A DNA stretch of 32,000 nt from positions 1-32,000 of the forward strand of contig DATCKA010000068.1 of assembly GCA_036562495.1 (NCBI GenBank). Reading direction: 5' to 3'. The translations under genes and the position numbers were made by a program. This document shows positions 8,155-15,526 of this stretch, one piece after another. The notes under the pieces are model-generated. The model had not been told where the DNA came from and searched no databases. It saw only the letters and a list, made by a program, of their open reading frames with translations. Numbering within the stretch: the first letter of the stretch is position 1; the number at the start of each line of letters is the position of its first letter. Source of the stretch: Limnochordales bacterium (lineage in GTDB: Bacteria > Bacillota > Limnochordia > Limnochordales > Geochordaceae).

Positions 8155-9013
8155 TGGCGATCCCGGCCCTGTCCGCCGCCCGCACCACGCGCTCCCGGTG
8201 AAGGAGCAGGCACCGGTGGGCCTCGACGGCGAGGCACGAGGCCCGCGCGGCCCGCATGGCGCGCAGCGTGTCCGGCCCGATCACCGGGGTGTCGAAGCGC
8301 AGATCCTGGTCAGGGCGGCTCACCTTGACCACCACCGAGCCCGGCCCCGCCAGCCGACCCGCCCGGCGGATGGTCGCGTCGGTCCCCTCCGCTGACGCCT
8401 CCACCGCCAGCACCGTGCCATGCCGCACCACCACGGTCTGTCCGATGTCGAGCGCCGCCACCTCCCGGGCAAGCCGGCGCCCTACCTCGATGTCGGCCGT
8501 CTCACGGGCGTCGGGCGCGCGTCGAGTCAAGACGCCGGGTTGGGCCAGGAGATGACCCAACAGCTCGTGCTGGCTGCCCAGGCGGATCCCCCGCCGCTCC
8601 AGAGCCTCGGCGAAGAGCCGCGAGAGGTCCTGATCCTCGAGGAAGCGGCCCTGCTCGTACAGAGCCCGACCTTCTCCCGCAGCCGCCTGCTCGAAGAGAG
8701 CCGACGCCGCCACGCGATTGACCTTGCCGGCGGCGTACACCGCCCGGACCCCGTGTCGGCAAAACGTCTCCACCACTCGCTCCCAGTCGGCAGGGCTGAG
8801 CCGATACGCATGCACCCGACCCTCGAGGCTGGGCCCGATGCTTGTCTCCCCGTGGCGACGGGGCTGGCCCATGTCGAGCTCCACCACCACGACTCCCAGC
8901 CCTCGTGCCAGGGCCGCTTGCACCATGGCTCCAGGAAGCTCGCCGTCCCCCGCCACCACGCCGACCCAGCCGGCAGGGTCCGACCGGTGCGCGGACTCGT
9001 CCAGGACGCTCAC
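8141..9013 (-). CDS. lpxI: UDP-2,3-diacylglucosamine hydrolase LpxI (DUF1009 family)
   Basis: 290 aa from GTG 9013, which forms a GTGA overlap with the lpxA stop. It sits in the lpxA-lpxI-lpxB position known from LpxI-using bacteria. The C-terminal half reads DIGQTVVVRHGTVLAVEASAEGTDATIRRAG...VVVKVSRPDQDLRFDTPVIGPDTL, as I recall for LpxI. Confidence 0.75.
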   Translation of the reverse strand: MSVLDESAHRSDPAGWVGVVAGDGELPGAMVQAALARGLGVVVVELDMGQPRRHGETSIGPSLEGRVHAYRLSPADWERVVETFCRHGVRAVYAAGKVNRVAASALFEQAAAGEGRALYEQGRFLEDQDLSRLFAEALERRGIRLGSQHELLGHLLAQPGVLTRRAPDARETADIEVGRRLAREVAALDIGQTVVVRHGTVLAVEASAEGTDATIRRAGRLAGPGSVVVKVSRPDQDLRFDTPVIGPDTLRAMRAARASCLAVEAHRCLLLHRERVVRAADRAGIAIVAF

Positions 9014-9789
9014 CGCATCAACCCTCGCCGTCGCTCCTCCATAAACCGCAACAGCTCCTGCACCTCGTCGAAGCGGCCGATCTGACCGGCGATGCGCTCC
9101 AGGGCCTCCTGCAGACGCAGGCCGCTGGCGTAGATCCACTCGAAGGCCTGCGAGACCGCCTCGATGGCCTCGGGCGACGCGCCCCAGCTCTCGAGCCCCT
9201 CGCGGTGGAAGCCCAGGATCTCCGCCGGGCTCCCGCCGGCCCGAGCGAAGGGCGGCACGTCGCGGGTCACCGTGGCATGACTCTCGATGTACGCCAGTCG
9301 GCCGACGTGGGTGAACTGGTGGACCCCCGTCATGGCCCCGATGACGGCCCCGTCACCGATGACGCTGTGGCCCCCCAGCGCGCTGCCCGCCCCCAGCCGC
9401 ACCCGGTCCCCTACCCGGCAGTCGTGGCCGATGTGGGCCCCGTCCTCGATGATGCACCCATCGCCCACCGAGGTGACGCCGCCACCGCCCGGTGTGCCGC
9501 GGTGGAGCACCGCGTGGCTCCCGATGCGGTTGCCCTCGCCCAGCACGAGTTGGGTCGGCTCACCTGCATAGCGCACGTCCTGAGGCTGGCCGCCCAGCAC
9601 CGCGCCGATACCGACGTGGTTGTGGGGCCCCAGCCGGGTACCACCGTGGATGACGGCGAAGGCCTCGATGACGCACCCGGCTCCTATCTCGGCACCGGCT
9701 CCGATGAAGGCAAAGGGGCCGACCACGACGTCCGGCCCCACGCGTGCGCCCGGCTCTACGACGGCCGCTGGGTGAAGGCTTGTCCTCAA
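9010..9789 (-). CDS. lpxA: Acyl-ACP--UDP-GlcNAc O-acyltransferase LpxA
   Basis: Left-handed beta-helix hexapeptide repeats (HPAAVVEPGARVGPDVVVGPFAFIGAGAEIGAGCVIEAFAVIHGGTRLG...) followed by the LpxA-type helical C-terminus. My preferred start is TTG 9789, which forms a TTGA overlap with the fabZ stop and leaves a normal 5-residue lead before HPAAVV. The track start at 9846 would overlap fabZ by 61 nt. Confidence 0.9.
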   Translation of the reverse strand: MRTSLHPAAVVEPGARVGPDVVVGPFAFIGAGAEIGAGCVIEAFAVIHGGTRLGPHNHVGIGAVLGGQPQDVRYAGEPTQLVLGEGNRIGSHAVLHRGTPGGGGVTSVGDGCIIEDGAHIGHDCRVGDRVRLGAGSALGGHSVIGDGAVIGAMTGVHQFTHVGRLAYIESHATVTRDVPPFARAGGSPAEILGFHREGLESWGASPEAIEAVSQAFEWIYASGLRLQEALERIAGQIGRFDEVQELLRFMEERRRGLMR

Positions 9790-10235
9790 GGCTTCGACTC
9801 GCCTCCCTGCGCGGGCGCCGCAGCGAAGAGGAACGTGGCCTCGCATGCCACCTCGTCGCCCACCAGCGCTCGTGCCTCGACCATACCGGTGGAGGAGCGG
9901 ATGCGCTTGGCGCTCGCCTCCAGCCGCAGGGTGTCGCCCGGGACCACCGTGCGTCGGAAGCGGGCCCCGTCGATCCCCGCCAGTAGCGGCACTTTGCCGA
10001 GCTGCGCCACATACGGGTAGAGCATGACGGCAGCCGCCTGGGCCAGGGCCTCCAGCATCAGCACGCCGGGCATCAGCGGACGCCCGGGGTAGTGGCCCGC
10101 GAAGAAGGGCTCGTTGATGGTGACATTCTTGATGGCCACCACCCGCTGCCCCTCCTCCAGCTCCAGCACCCGATCCACCAGCAGAAAAGGATAACGATGC
10201 GGGATACGGCGCCAGATCTCAACGATGTCCAGCAT
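9786..10235 (-). CDS. fabZ: 3-hydroxyacyl-ACP dehydratase FabZ
   Basis: IPHRYPFLLVDRV and FFAGHYPGRPLMPGVLMLEALAQ hot-dog-fold active-site motifs. The ATG at 10235 is preceded by a GGAGGGGAAGGAAGG purine tract. Confidence 0.95.
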   Translation of the reverse strand: MLDIVEIWRRIPHRYPFLLVDRVLELEEGQRVVAIKNVTINEPFFAGHYPGRPLMPGVLMLEALAQAAAVMLYPYVAQLGKVPLLAGIDGARFRRTVVPGDTLRLEASAKRIRSSTGMVEARALVGDEVACEATFLFAAAPAQGGESKP

Positions 10236-11106
10236 CGGTGCCTTCCTTCCCCTCCGTGCCCTCGAGCACCTTCTCCATGGCCTCCACCAGGCGCGCCGTC
10301 AGCGCGTGGTTGCCCCGCACCGCCACCACTCGGGCGGCCAGGGGACCGGCGAGGGCCAGGTCGCCGATCAGGTCCAGGAGCTTGTGCCGTGCCACCTCGT
10401 CAGGCAGGCGAAAGCCCCCCACGGGGCCATCATCGGCGATGAGCAGGACGTTGTCGAGGCTTCCACCCAGCCCCAGCCCCTGTGCCTTGAGGCGCGCCAC
10501 CTCCGCCGCGAAGGCGACGGTGCGGGCCGGGGCGATCTCGTGGCGAAAGGTCTCGGGCGTGACGGTCAGCTCCGCGAACTGGTCCCCCAGCCCGGGGTGG
10601 TCGCTGATGAAGGCGAAGCTGAGCCGGAGATCGCGCCACGGCATCGCGGCCACGAAGCGGTCGGCGTCGCCCACCCACACCGCCCGGGAGAGCCGCCGCA
10701 GCCGCCGGGGGGCCGCCTGCTCGACGAGGCCGGCCCGATCCAGCGCCTCCACCCACCCGAGCGCGCTGCCGTCCAGGATGGGCAGCTCGGGCCCTCGCAC
10801 CTCGATGCGGACGTTGTCGACCCCCAGCGCCATCAGGGTCGCCAGCAGGTGCTCCACCGTCATCACCGTGACGCCGTCGACCCCGAGGGCCGTGCAGCGT
10901 GGCGTGTCGACCCGGTGCCGCACCGAGACCGGGATCACGGCCGGGGGGTCGACGTCGGTACGGACCAGCGACCAGCCGTGGTCCTCCGGCGCCGGCGAGA
11001 GCCGCACTTCCGTCGAGATGCCGGTGTGAAGCCCGACGCCCTGCAATGTCACCGCCGAGGCCAGGGTCCGCTGACGCGGACGGCCTTCGGACGCTGCCGA
11101 AGCCAT
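10219..11106 (-). CDS. lpxC: UDP-3-O-acyl-GlcNAc deacetylase LpxC
   Basis: Motifs RQRTLASAVTLQGVGLHTG, TVEHLLATLMALGVDN, PILDGSA and HKLLDLIGDLAL. ATG start at 11106. The 3' end overlaps fabZ by 17 nt in another frame. Confidence 0.9.
   Translation of the reverse strand: MASAASEGRPRQRTLASAVTLQGVGLHTGISTEVRLSPAPEDHGWSLVRTDVDPPAVIPVSVRHRVDTPRCTALGVDGVTVMTVEHLLATLMALGVDNVRIEVRGPELPILDGSALGWVEALDRAGLVEQAAPRRLRRLSRAVWVGDADRFVAAMPWRDLRLSFAFISDHPGLGDQFAELTVTPETFRHEIAPARTVAFAAEVARLKAQGLGLGGSLDNVLLIADDGPVGGFRLPDEVARHKLLDLIGDLALAGPLAARVVAVRGNHALTARLVEAMEKVLEGTEGKEGTDAGHR
10241..10255 (-). promoter_or_regulatory. Purine-rich Shine-Dalgarno tract GGAGGGGAAGGAAGG for fabZ
   Basis: The reverse complement of ccttccttcccctcc lies 5 nt upstream of the fabZ ATG (10235), inside the 3' end of lpxC. 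Confidence 0.5.
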
Positions 11107-11119
11107 GCGCCGTCGCCTC

Positions 11120-14041
11120 TCATGCCACGGCCAGTCGGGCGAGGCGGCGGCCCACCTCGGAGGTCGGCCGGGCCAGCACGCGAGCCGGCGGGCCGGACTC
11201 CACCACCTGGCCCCGGTCCATCAGGATGAGCCGGTCCCCGACCCGCGCCGTGAAGCCGGGTTGATGGGTGACGACCAGCATGGTGGTTCTGAGGCGCCCA
11301 ATCAGTTCCTCCATCAGTTGGAGGAGGTCGGCCGCCAGCATCGGGTCCAGGTGAGAGGTGGGCTCGTCCCACAGCACCACCGACGGTTGCGCCGCCAGGG
11401 CGCGGGCGATGGCCACCCGCTGGCCCTCCCCGCCGGACAGCTCGGCAGGCCGCCTGTCCAGGTGCCGCCCCAGCTCCAGGGCCGACAGCCACATGGCCGC
11501 TCGCTCGTAGGCCTCGGGCCAGGGGATGCCCGCCGAGGCCGCTCCCAGGGCGGTATTCTCGAGCACCGAGAGGTGCCCGACGAGCTGGGGCCGCTGGAAG
11601 ACCATCGCGACGCGTGCGGCCAGATCGCGCCGGCGCGCCTCCGGCAGCGCCCAGAGGTCCTCCCCCTCGATCCTCACCCTGCCGGCATCCGGCTGGATCA
11701 GGCCCTTGAGGCACCGCAGCAGCGTCGACTTTCCGCAGCCGCTGGGGCCCATCAGGATCACCGTCTCGCCTCGTGCCACCGACAGCGAGACGCCGTCGAG
11801 CACGGGTCGGCCGCCGAAGTGCCGCACCAGGCCCTCGGCCTCCAGCACGACGGGGCCCCGCTCGGCAGCCTCCGTCGGCTCGTGGACGCCCGCCCGGCGC
11901 CGCTCCTCGATGCTGGCGGTCAGGGCGGCCGTCCGGCTCTCGTCACCCGCGGCCTCGGTCGCGGCCGACGCCGGTGCGCGGGGCGGCCTGCGGCTCGCCG
12001 TCAACGCCAGCAGCCACGGCCGCACCGAAGGGGCCACCACGCCCTCCAGGATGGCCCCGGCCTCCATCCCCATGGCCAGCGCCGCCTCGACCGCGTCGGC
12101 ATCCACGGGAGCCAGCCGGGGGCCCCATCGCCCGGCGACGAGCCCGGCAGCGACGCCGACGCCGGCCAGGACCAGCAGGATGAGTACCTCTTGCACGCCC
12201 AGGGCCAGCACCCCGGCGCCAAGGGCCAGCAGACCGCCGACCAGAGCGCCGAGGGCTGCGACCCGCCAGGCATCACGCGACAGCCGCCCGGCCCGTCCTC
12301 GGCGCGCCGTCTGCACCAGGGCCGCCACGGCCGCTCCGTCGTTGAAGAGAGTCCAAAGCACCAGGGCTCCCATCGCCAGGGCAGCTCCCACCACCCCGGC
12401 GCGCTGGGCCACCCGCATGACGGCCGCCCGAGCGCTGGGCGAAGCCACGGCTGCCGGAGAGACGTAGACCCGGCTCTCGTCCAGCTGCAGGGCCCTGCCC
12501 ACCACGCCGCCGATGGCTGAGGGCGACGGGAAGCGCTCCCCTCGCAGCACCAGTTCGACCCCCGCGGCCGCCGCCAGGGGGTCGGCCCCCGCCTGCTGGA
12601 GCACGTGCAGGGCCGATGCGATCTCGGTGCCGCCCAGTCGCGGCAGGCTCTCTCGCAAAGAGCGGACGCTGGCCTGCACCGCGGGCAGGTCGCCCTGTCG
12701 GTACTCGCGCAGCTGCTCCTGCAAGCGATCGAGCTGCTGGCGCAGCGAGGCCACGTAGTCCACGGCCTGCTGGGGCGCGTCGCCGGCCTCCCCGCCCAGC
12801 AGCATGCTCAACCCCAGGGCCAACAGCGTGTCGCGCAACGGATCCGATGCAGTGGACGCCAGTTGCTGCAGGTCGTTCAGCATCCGCTCGAGACGTCCGG
12901 CTGCCTGCTCCAGGCCGTCCACGGCCACCCGGGCCGCGTCCAGGGCCTCCTGTCCGGCGCTGCCCAGGGTCTGGAGGCGAGCCAGGAGCTCTTCGCTCTG
13001 GCGCAGGGCCGCGTCGATGCGGGCCTGTCCGCCGTCGACGATCCCCTGGCCGACCTGCTGACCCGAGGGCCGGCGGACGGGCAGCTCCTGCCCCAGCGTC
13101 GGACTCAGCTGGTCGCTGGTCAGCGCCTCGTCGGATAGGACGGCCAGCCAGTGCTCCCCCGCCTGGGCTACGATGCGCGCCGGCCAGTCGCCGACCAGTA
13201 CCTGCTCGCCCTCGTGCAGGGGCGGATCGAGCCCGGCGGAGGGCTCGACGCGCGCCAGGGTGGCATAGGCGAAGAAGAAGTCGCGCATGCGGCCCACCCA
13301 CCGGGCGGCCTCGGCCCCATCCCCCTCGGAGGCGGGAGCTGCCTCCACGACGGTGACGGGCCAGGAGGCCTCGGTGACGGCCTGGGCGGCGCGACGTGCC
13401 GACTCCCGGTCGACCACCTGTCCCGGGGTGGTGATCCGCACCACCCGGTAGCGGTCCAGGTACGCCTCCAGCGCATCCTCGAAGCCATCGAGGCCGGCCG
13501 CATCCGACAGCACGACGACCCGGTCCGACCCGTGGACGAAGGAGAAGGCCACTTCAGGCCGACCGCTCAGCCACCCCTCCAGGTCGTCCGCCAGAGCCGG
13601 GTGGAGGCGGCTGATGACGATGGCCGGCTCGACCAGGGGCACCCACGACACGTACCCCGGCAATGACGGCAGCTCCTGCTCCAGTCGCTCGAAGGCGGAC
13701 GCTCCCCGCCACCTGGGCGAGAGGGAGACCAGGAGCACGGTGCTGCCAGCCGCCGACGGGCCCTCCTGGACGGCCGCCCCGGGAAAGGTGCGTCGCAGCA
13801 GGTCGTCGACGGCCGCCAAGGCCTCTCGCCGGCGGTCGTGGTGCACCTGCACCAGCAGGTCGAAGCGGCCCGCCTCGCCCACGGTGGCATCCACCGTGGA
13901 GGAGAGGAGTCGCTCCATGGCCCATCCGACGGCGCGGCCGCTGGAGGCGCAGGCGACGACGGCCACCAGCAACCATACCGTCAACCTGTAGACGAGGCGA
14001 CCGGCCCGGGTGCGGGCCGCGCCTCGCGGCTCGAAGTGCAA
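11120..14041 (-). CDS. Uncharacterised fusion protein: TM1, ~500-aa coiled-coil ectodomain, three TM helices and a C-terminal ABC ATPase (inverted MacB/FtsX-like topology)
   Basis: The ATPase has Walker A GPSGCGKST, signature LSGGEGQR, Walker B VVLWDEPT and H-loop VVTHQ. TM helices are LTVWLLVAVVAC..., VVGAALAMGALVLWTLF, VAALGALVGGLLALGAGVLALGV and VLILLVLAGVGVAAGLVAG, with Arg-rich cytoplasmic loops. I chose the TTG start at 14041 because GGAAAGGAGAGG lies 9 nt upstream. The track start is GTG 14077, which gives 985 aa. Confidence 0.7.
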   Translation of the reverse strand: MHFEPRGAARTRAGRLVYRLTVWLLVAVVACASSGRAVGWAMERLLSSTVDATVGEAGRFDLLVQVHHDRRREALAAVDDLLRRTFPGAAVQEGPSAAGSTVLLVSLSPRWRGASAFERLEQELPSLPGYVSWVPLVEPAIVISRLHPALADDLEGWLSGRPEVAFSFVHGSDRVVVLSDAAGLDGFEDALEAYLDRYRVVRITTPGQVVDRESARRAAQAVTEASWPVTVVEAAPASEGDGAEAARWVGRMRDFFFAYATLARVEPSAGLDPPLHEGEQVLVGDWPARIVAQAGEHWLAVLSDEALTSDQLSPTLGQELPVRRPSGQQVGQGIVDGGQARIDAALRQSEELLARLQTLGSAGQEALDAARVAVDGLEQAAGRLERMLNDLQQLASTASDPLRDTLLALGLSMLLGGEAGDAPQQAVDYVASLRQQLDRLQEQLREYRQGDLPAVQASVRSLRESLPRLGGTEIASALHVLQQAGADPLAAAAGVELVLRGERFPSPSAIGGVVGRALQLDESRVYVSPAAVASPSARAAVMRVAQRAGVVGAALAMGALVLWTLFNDGAAVAALVQTARRGRAGRLSRDAWRVAALGALVGGLLALGAGVLALGVQEVLILLVLAGVGVAAGLVAGRWGPRLAPVDADAVEAALAMGMEAGAILEGVVAPSVRPWLLALTASRRPPRAPASAATEAAGDESRTAALTASIEERRRAGVHEPTEAAERGPVVLEAEGLVRHFGGRPVLDGVSLSVARGETVILMGPSGCGKSTLLRCLKGLIQPDAGRVRIEGEDLWALPEARRRDLAARVAMVFQRPQLVGHLSVLENTALGAASAGIPWPEAYERAAMWLSALELGRHLDRRPAELSGGEGQRVAIARALAAQPSVVLWDEPTSHLDPMLAADLLQLMEELIGRLRTTMLVVTHQPGFTARVGDRLILMDRGQVVESGPPARVLARPTSEVGRRLARLAVA

Positions 14042-14050
14042 GCGGCGTGG

Positions 14051-14062
14051 CCTCTCCTTTCC
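14051..14062 (-). promoter_or_regulatory. Shine-Dalgarno site GGAAAGGAGAGG serving the TTG start at 14041
   Basis: The reverse complement of cctctcctttcc reads GGAAAGGAGAGG, with 9 nt to the TTG. This is the strongest SD-like motif I found in the window. Confidence 0.55.
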
Positions 14063-14126
14063 CGATCCGGACCGCACTATACCATCGCGACGCAGCCGGC
14101 CGGGGAAGGAGTTGCTGGGCCGCCCG

Positions 14127-14876
14127 CTACGGCGTGCCGGTTTCGGAGGGTGACGGGGATGCTTCCTGGACCTGCTGGATCTCCGCCGGCCCGTACAACG
14201 TCAGCTCGTCGTTGTCGACGCGGTACTCCACGCGGGATGCCCGCGCCAGTCGGAAGTCGTCGAGCCGGGCCTGTACCGTCGACTGCGGTGAGGCCATCAC
14301 GATGTGCCCGGCCTGGCGGTCGTAGCGAAGGGTCTCGGCCGCGGCCCAGAGGCTCGGCTCCGCCTGGGTGAGCTCGACGCCGCCCTCGGCCGTCAGGATG
14401 CCGCCCGCGTCGTCCACCTCGATGGTGGGCGCCGTGACCACCCTCAACGGGGCTCCGTCGGTCGCGGCCTGCTGGGGCAGCTGCTCCAGGCGCGCAGCCC
14501 CGGTCAGCACGAGCCGGCGCTGGGCATACCAGATCCGGACCTGGTCGGCCCGGGCGCGCAGCTCGGGGCCCGTCATCCGCACGCTGCCCGACAGGTGCAC
14601 CGTCTCCTCTTCGGGATCCCACTCCAGCCGGTCGGCCTCGGCTCGCCACCCCTGCCACTCGGCCAGGACCCGCCCCCCGGCGGGGCTGAAGATCCACCGG
14701 CGAACCCCGGGATCCCACCGGCCGCTGGGTGCGTCGTCCGGGATGCCCACGACGCTGATGCGCACCGGAGATGGAGAGGCGGCCTGGCCCGGATGGGCGA
14801 CCGCCACGACCAGGTTCATCGCCAGCATGGCCGCACCCAGCAGGGGCCACCATCGGGCATGTCTTGGCGATCTCAA
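14127..14876 (-). CDS. lptA: Periplasmic OstA/LptA-like LPS-bridge protein
   Basis: 249 aa from TTG 14876, which forms a TTGA overlap with the upstream stop. The signal peptide is RSPRHARWWPLLGAAMLAMNLVVAVAHPGQA. The mature part is beta-rich with repeated patterns such as VHLSGSVRMTG, LVLTGAARLEQ and ILTAEGGVELTQ, typical of OstA-type jellyrolls. It lies directly downstream of lptD and the lptC-like gene. The call rests on topology and context. Confidence 0.55.
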   Translation of the reverse strand: MRSPRHARWWPLLGAAMLAMNLVVAVAHPGQAASPSPVRISVVGIPDDAPSGRWDPGVRRWIFSPAGGRVLAEWQGWRAEADRLEWDPEEETVHLSGSVRMTGPELRARADQVRIWYAQRRLVLTGAARLEQLPQQAATDGAPLRVVTAPTIEVDDAGGILTAEGGVELTQAEPSLWAAAETLRYDRQAGHIVMASPQSTVQARLDDFRLARASRVEYRVDNDELTLYGPAEIQQVQEASPSPSETGTP

Positions 14877-15526
14877 CGCGTCGCATCCCCTTCCAAGCGC
14901 ACCGGGCCCAGCAGCCGGATCTCGCCGCTGTCGGGCAGGTACTCCACGGACTCGGCCCGGGCCTTCAGGCCCCGGCCCGTCGAGTCGTCGAGGCGCACCC
15001 CGCCCGAGAGACGGATGACCCCTGCCGCCACGTCGACCTCCAGCAACGGCGCCTCGACGATGGCGGTGTCGTAACGCAGGGCGTTGGGCCCGGCGGAGGT
15101 GAGCCGCTGACGCTGGGCGTCCCACACCAGGTCCTGGCTGTGCAACACCGCCCCGCCCGGGTGTGTCAGCGTGTAGCGCCCGTGCAACAGCAGCCGACCG
15201 GCGTCGGGCTCCCACCGTCCGCCGTCGCCCTCGAAGCGCAAGAACAGTGCACCGGCCCGGTAGAAGGCGCCATCCTGCACGGCGGTGAAGGCCACGTCGT
15301 CAGAGGCGGCGGGCATCTCGATGCTTTGGGCCCGGAGCTCCCATTGGAGCTGGCCCCGGTGCCGGCCCACCAGATGCACCTCGTGCGTGCGGATGCCGGG
15401 GACCGGGCCCTGCTCCTCGCTGGCGGGGACGGAGGCGGCGCGCCGGTCCAGGAGCCACCACCCGGCGCCCGTTGCGACGAGCGCCGTCGCCACCAGCACC
15501 GCGGCGATCCACCCTCGGTCCCTCAT
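14873..15526 (-). CDS. lptC: Inner-membrane-anchored LptC-like protein
   Basis: 217 aa from ATG 15526, which forms an ATGA overlap with the lptD stop. It has a single N-terminal anchor (GWIAAVLVATALVATGAGWWLL) followed by an all-beta region ending LKARAESVEYLPDSGEIRLLGPVRLEG. It lies between lptD and the lptA-like gene. The call rests on topology and context. Confidence 0.5.
   Translation of the reverse strand: MRDRGWIAAVLVATALVATGAGWWLLDRRAASVPASEEQGPVPGIRTHEVHLVGRHRGQLQWELRAQSIEMPAASDDVAFTAVQDGAFYRAGALFLRFEGDGGRWEPDAGRLLLHGRYTLTHPGGAVLHSQDLVWDAQRQRLTSAGPNALRYDTAIVEAPLLEVDVAAGVIRLSGGVRLDDSTGRGLKARAESVEYLPDSGEIRLLGPVRLEGDATR

Noticed and set aside
10219-10235. Possible bifunctional LpxC-FabZ fusion, as occurs in some phyla.
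   Set aside because: The two ORFs overlap by 17 nt in different frames, with a clean TGA for lpxC and an ATG plus strong SD for fabZ. They are separate genes, with no sign of a frameshifted fusion.
11120-14077. Interpreting the ABC fusion as a second LptB/LptG, as MlaFED, or as a MsbA-like exporter.
   Set aside because: - There is no six-helix YjgP/YjgQ or type-I exporter TMD.
- No MCE-domain or MlaE-like pattern is visible.
- The TM1, ectodomain, three-TM topology is different from all of these.
- The ATPase motifs alone cannot assign a subfamily.
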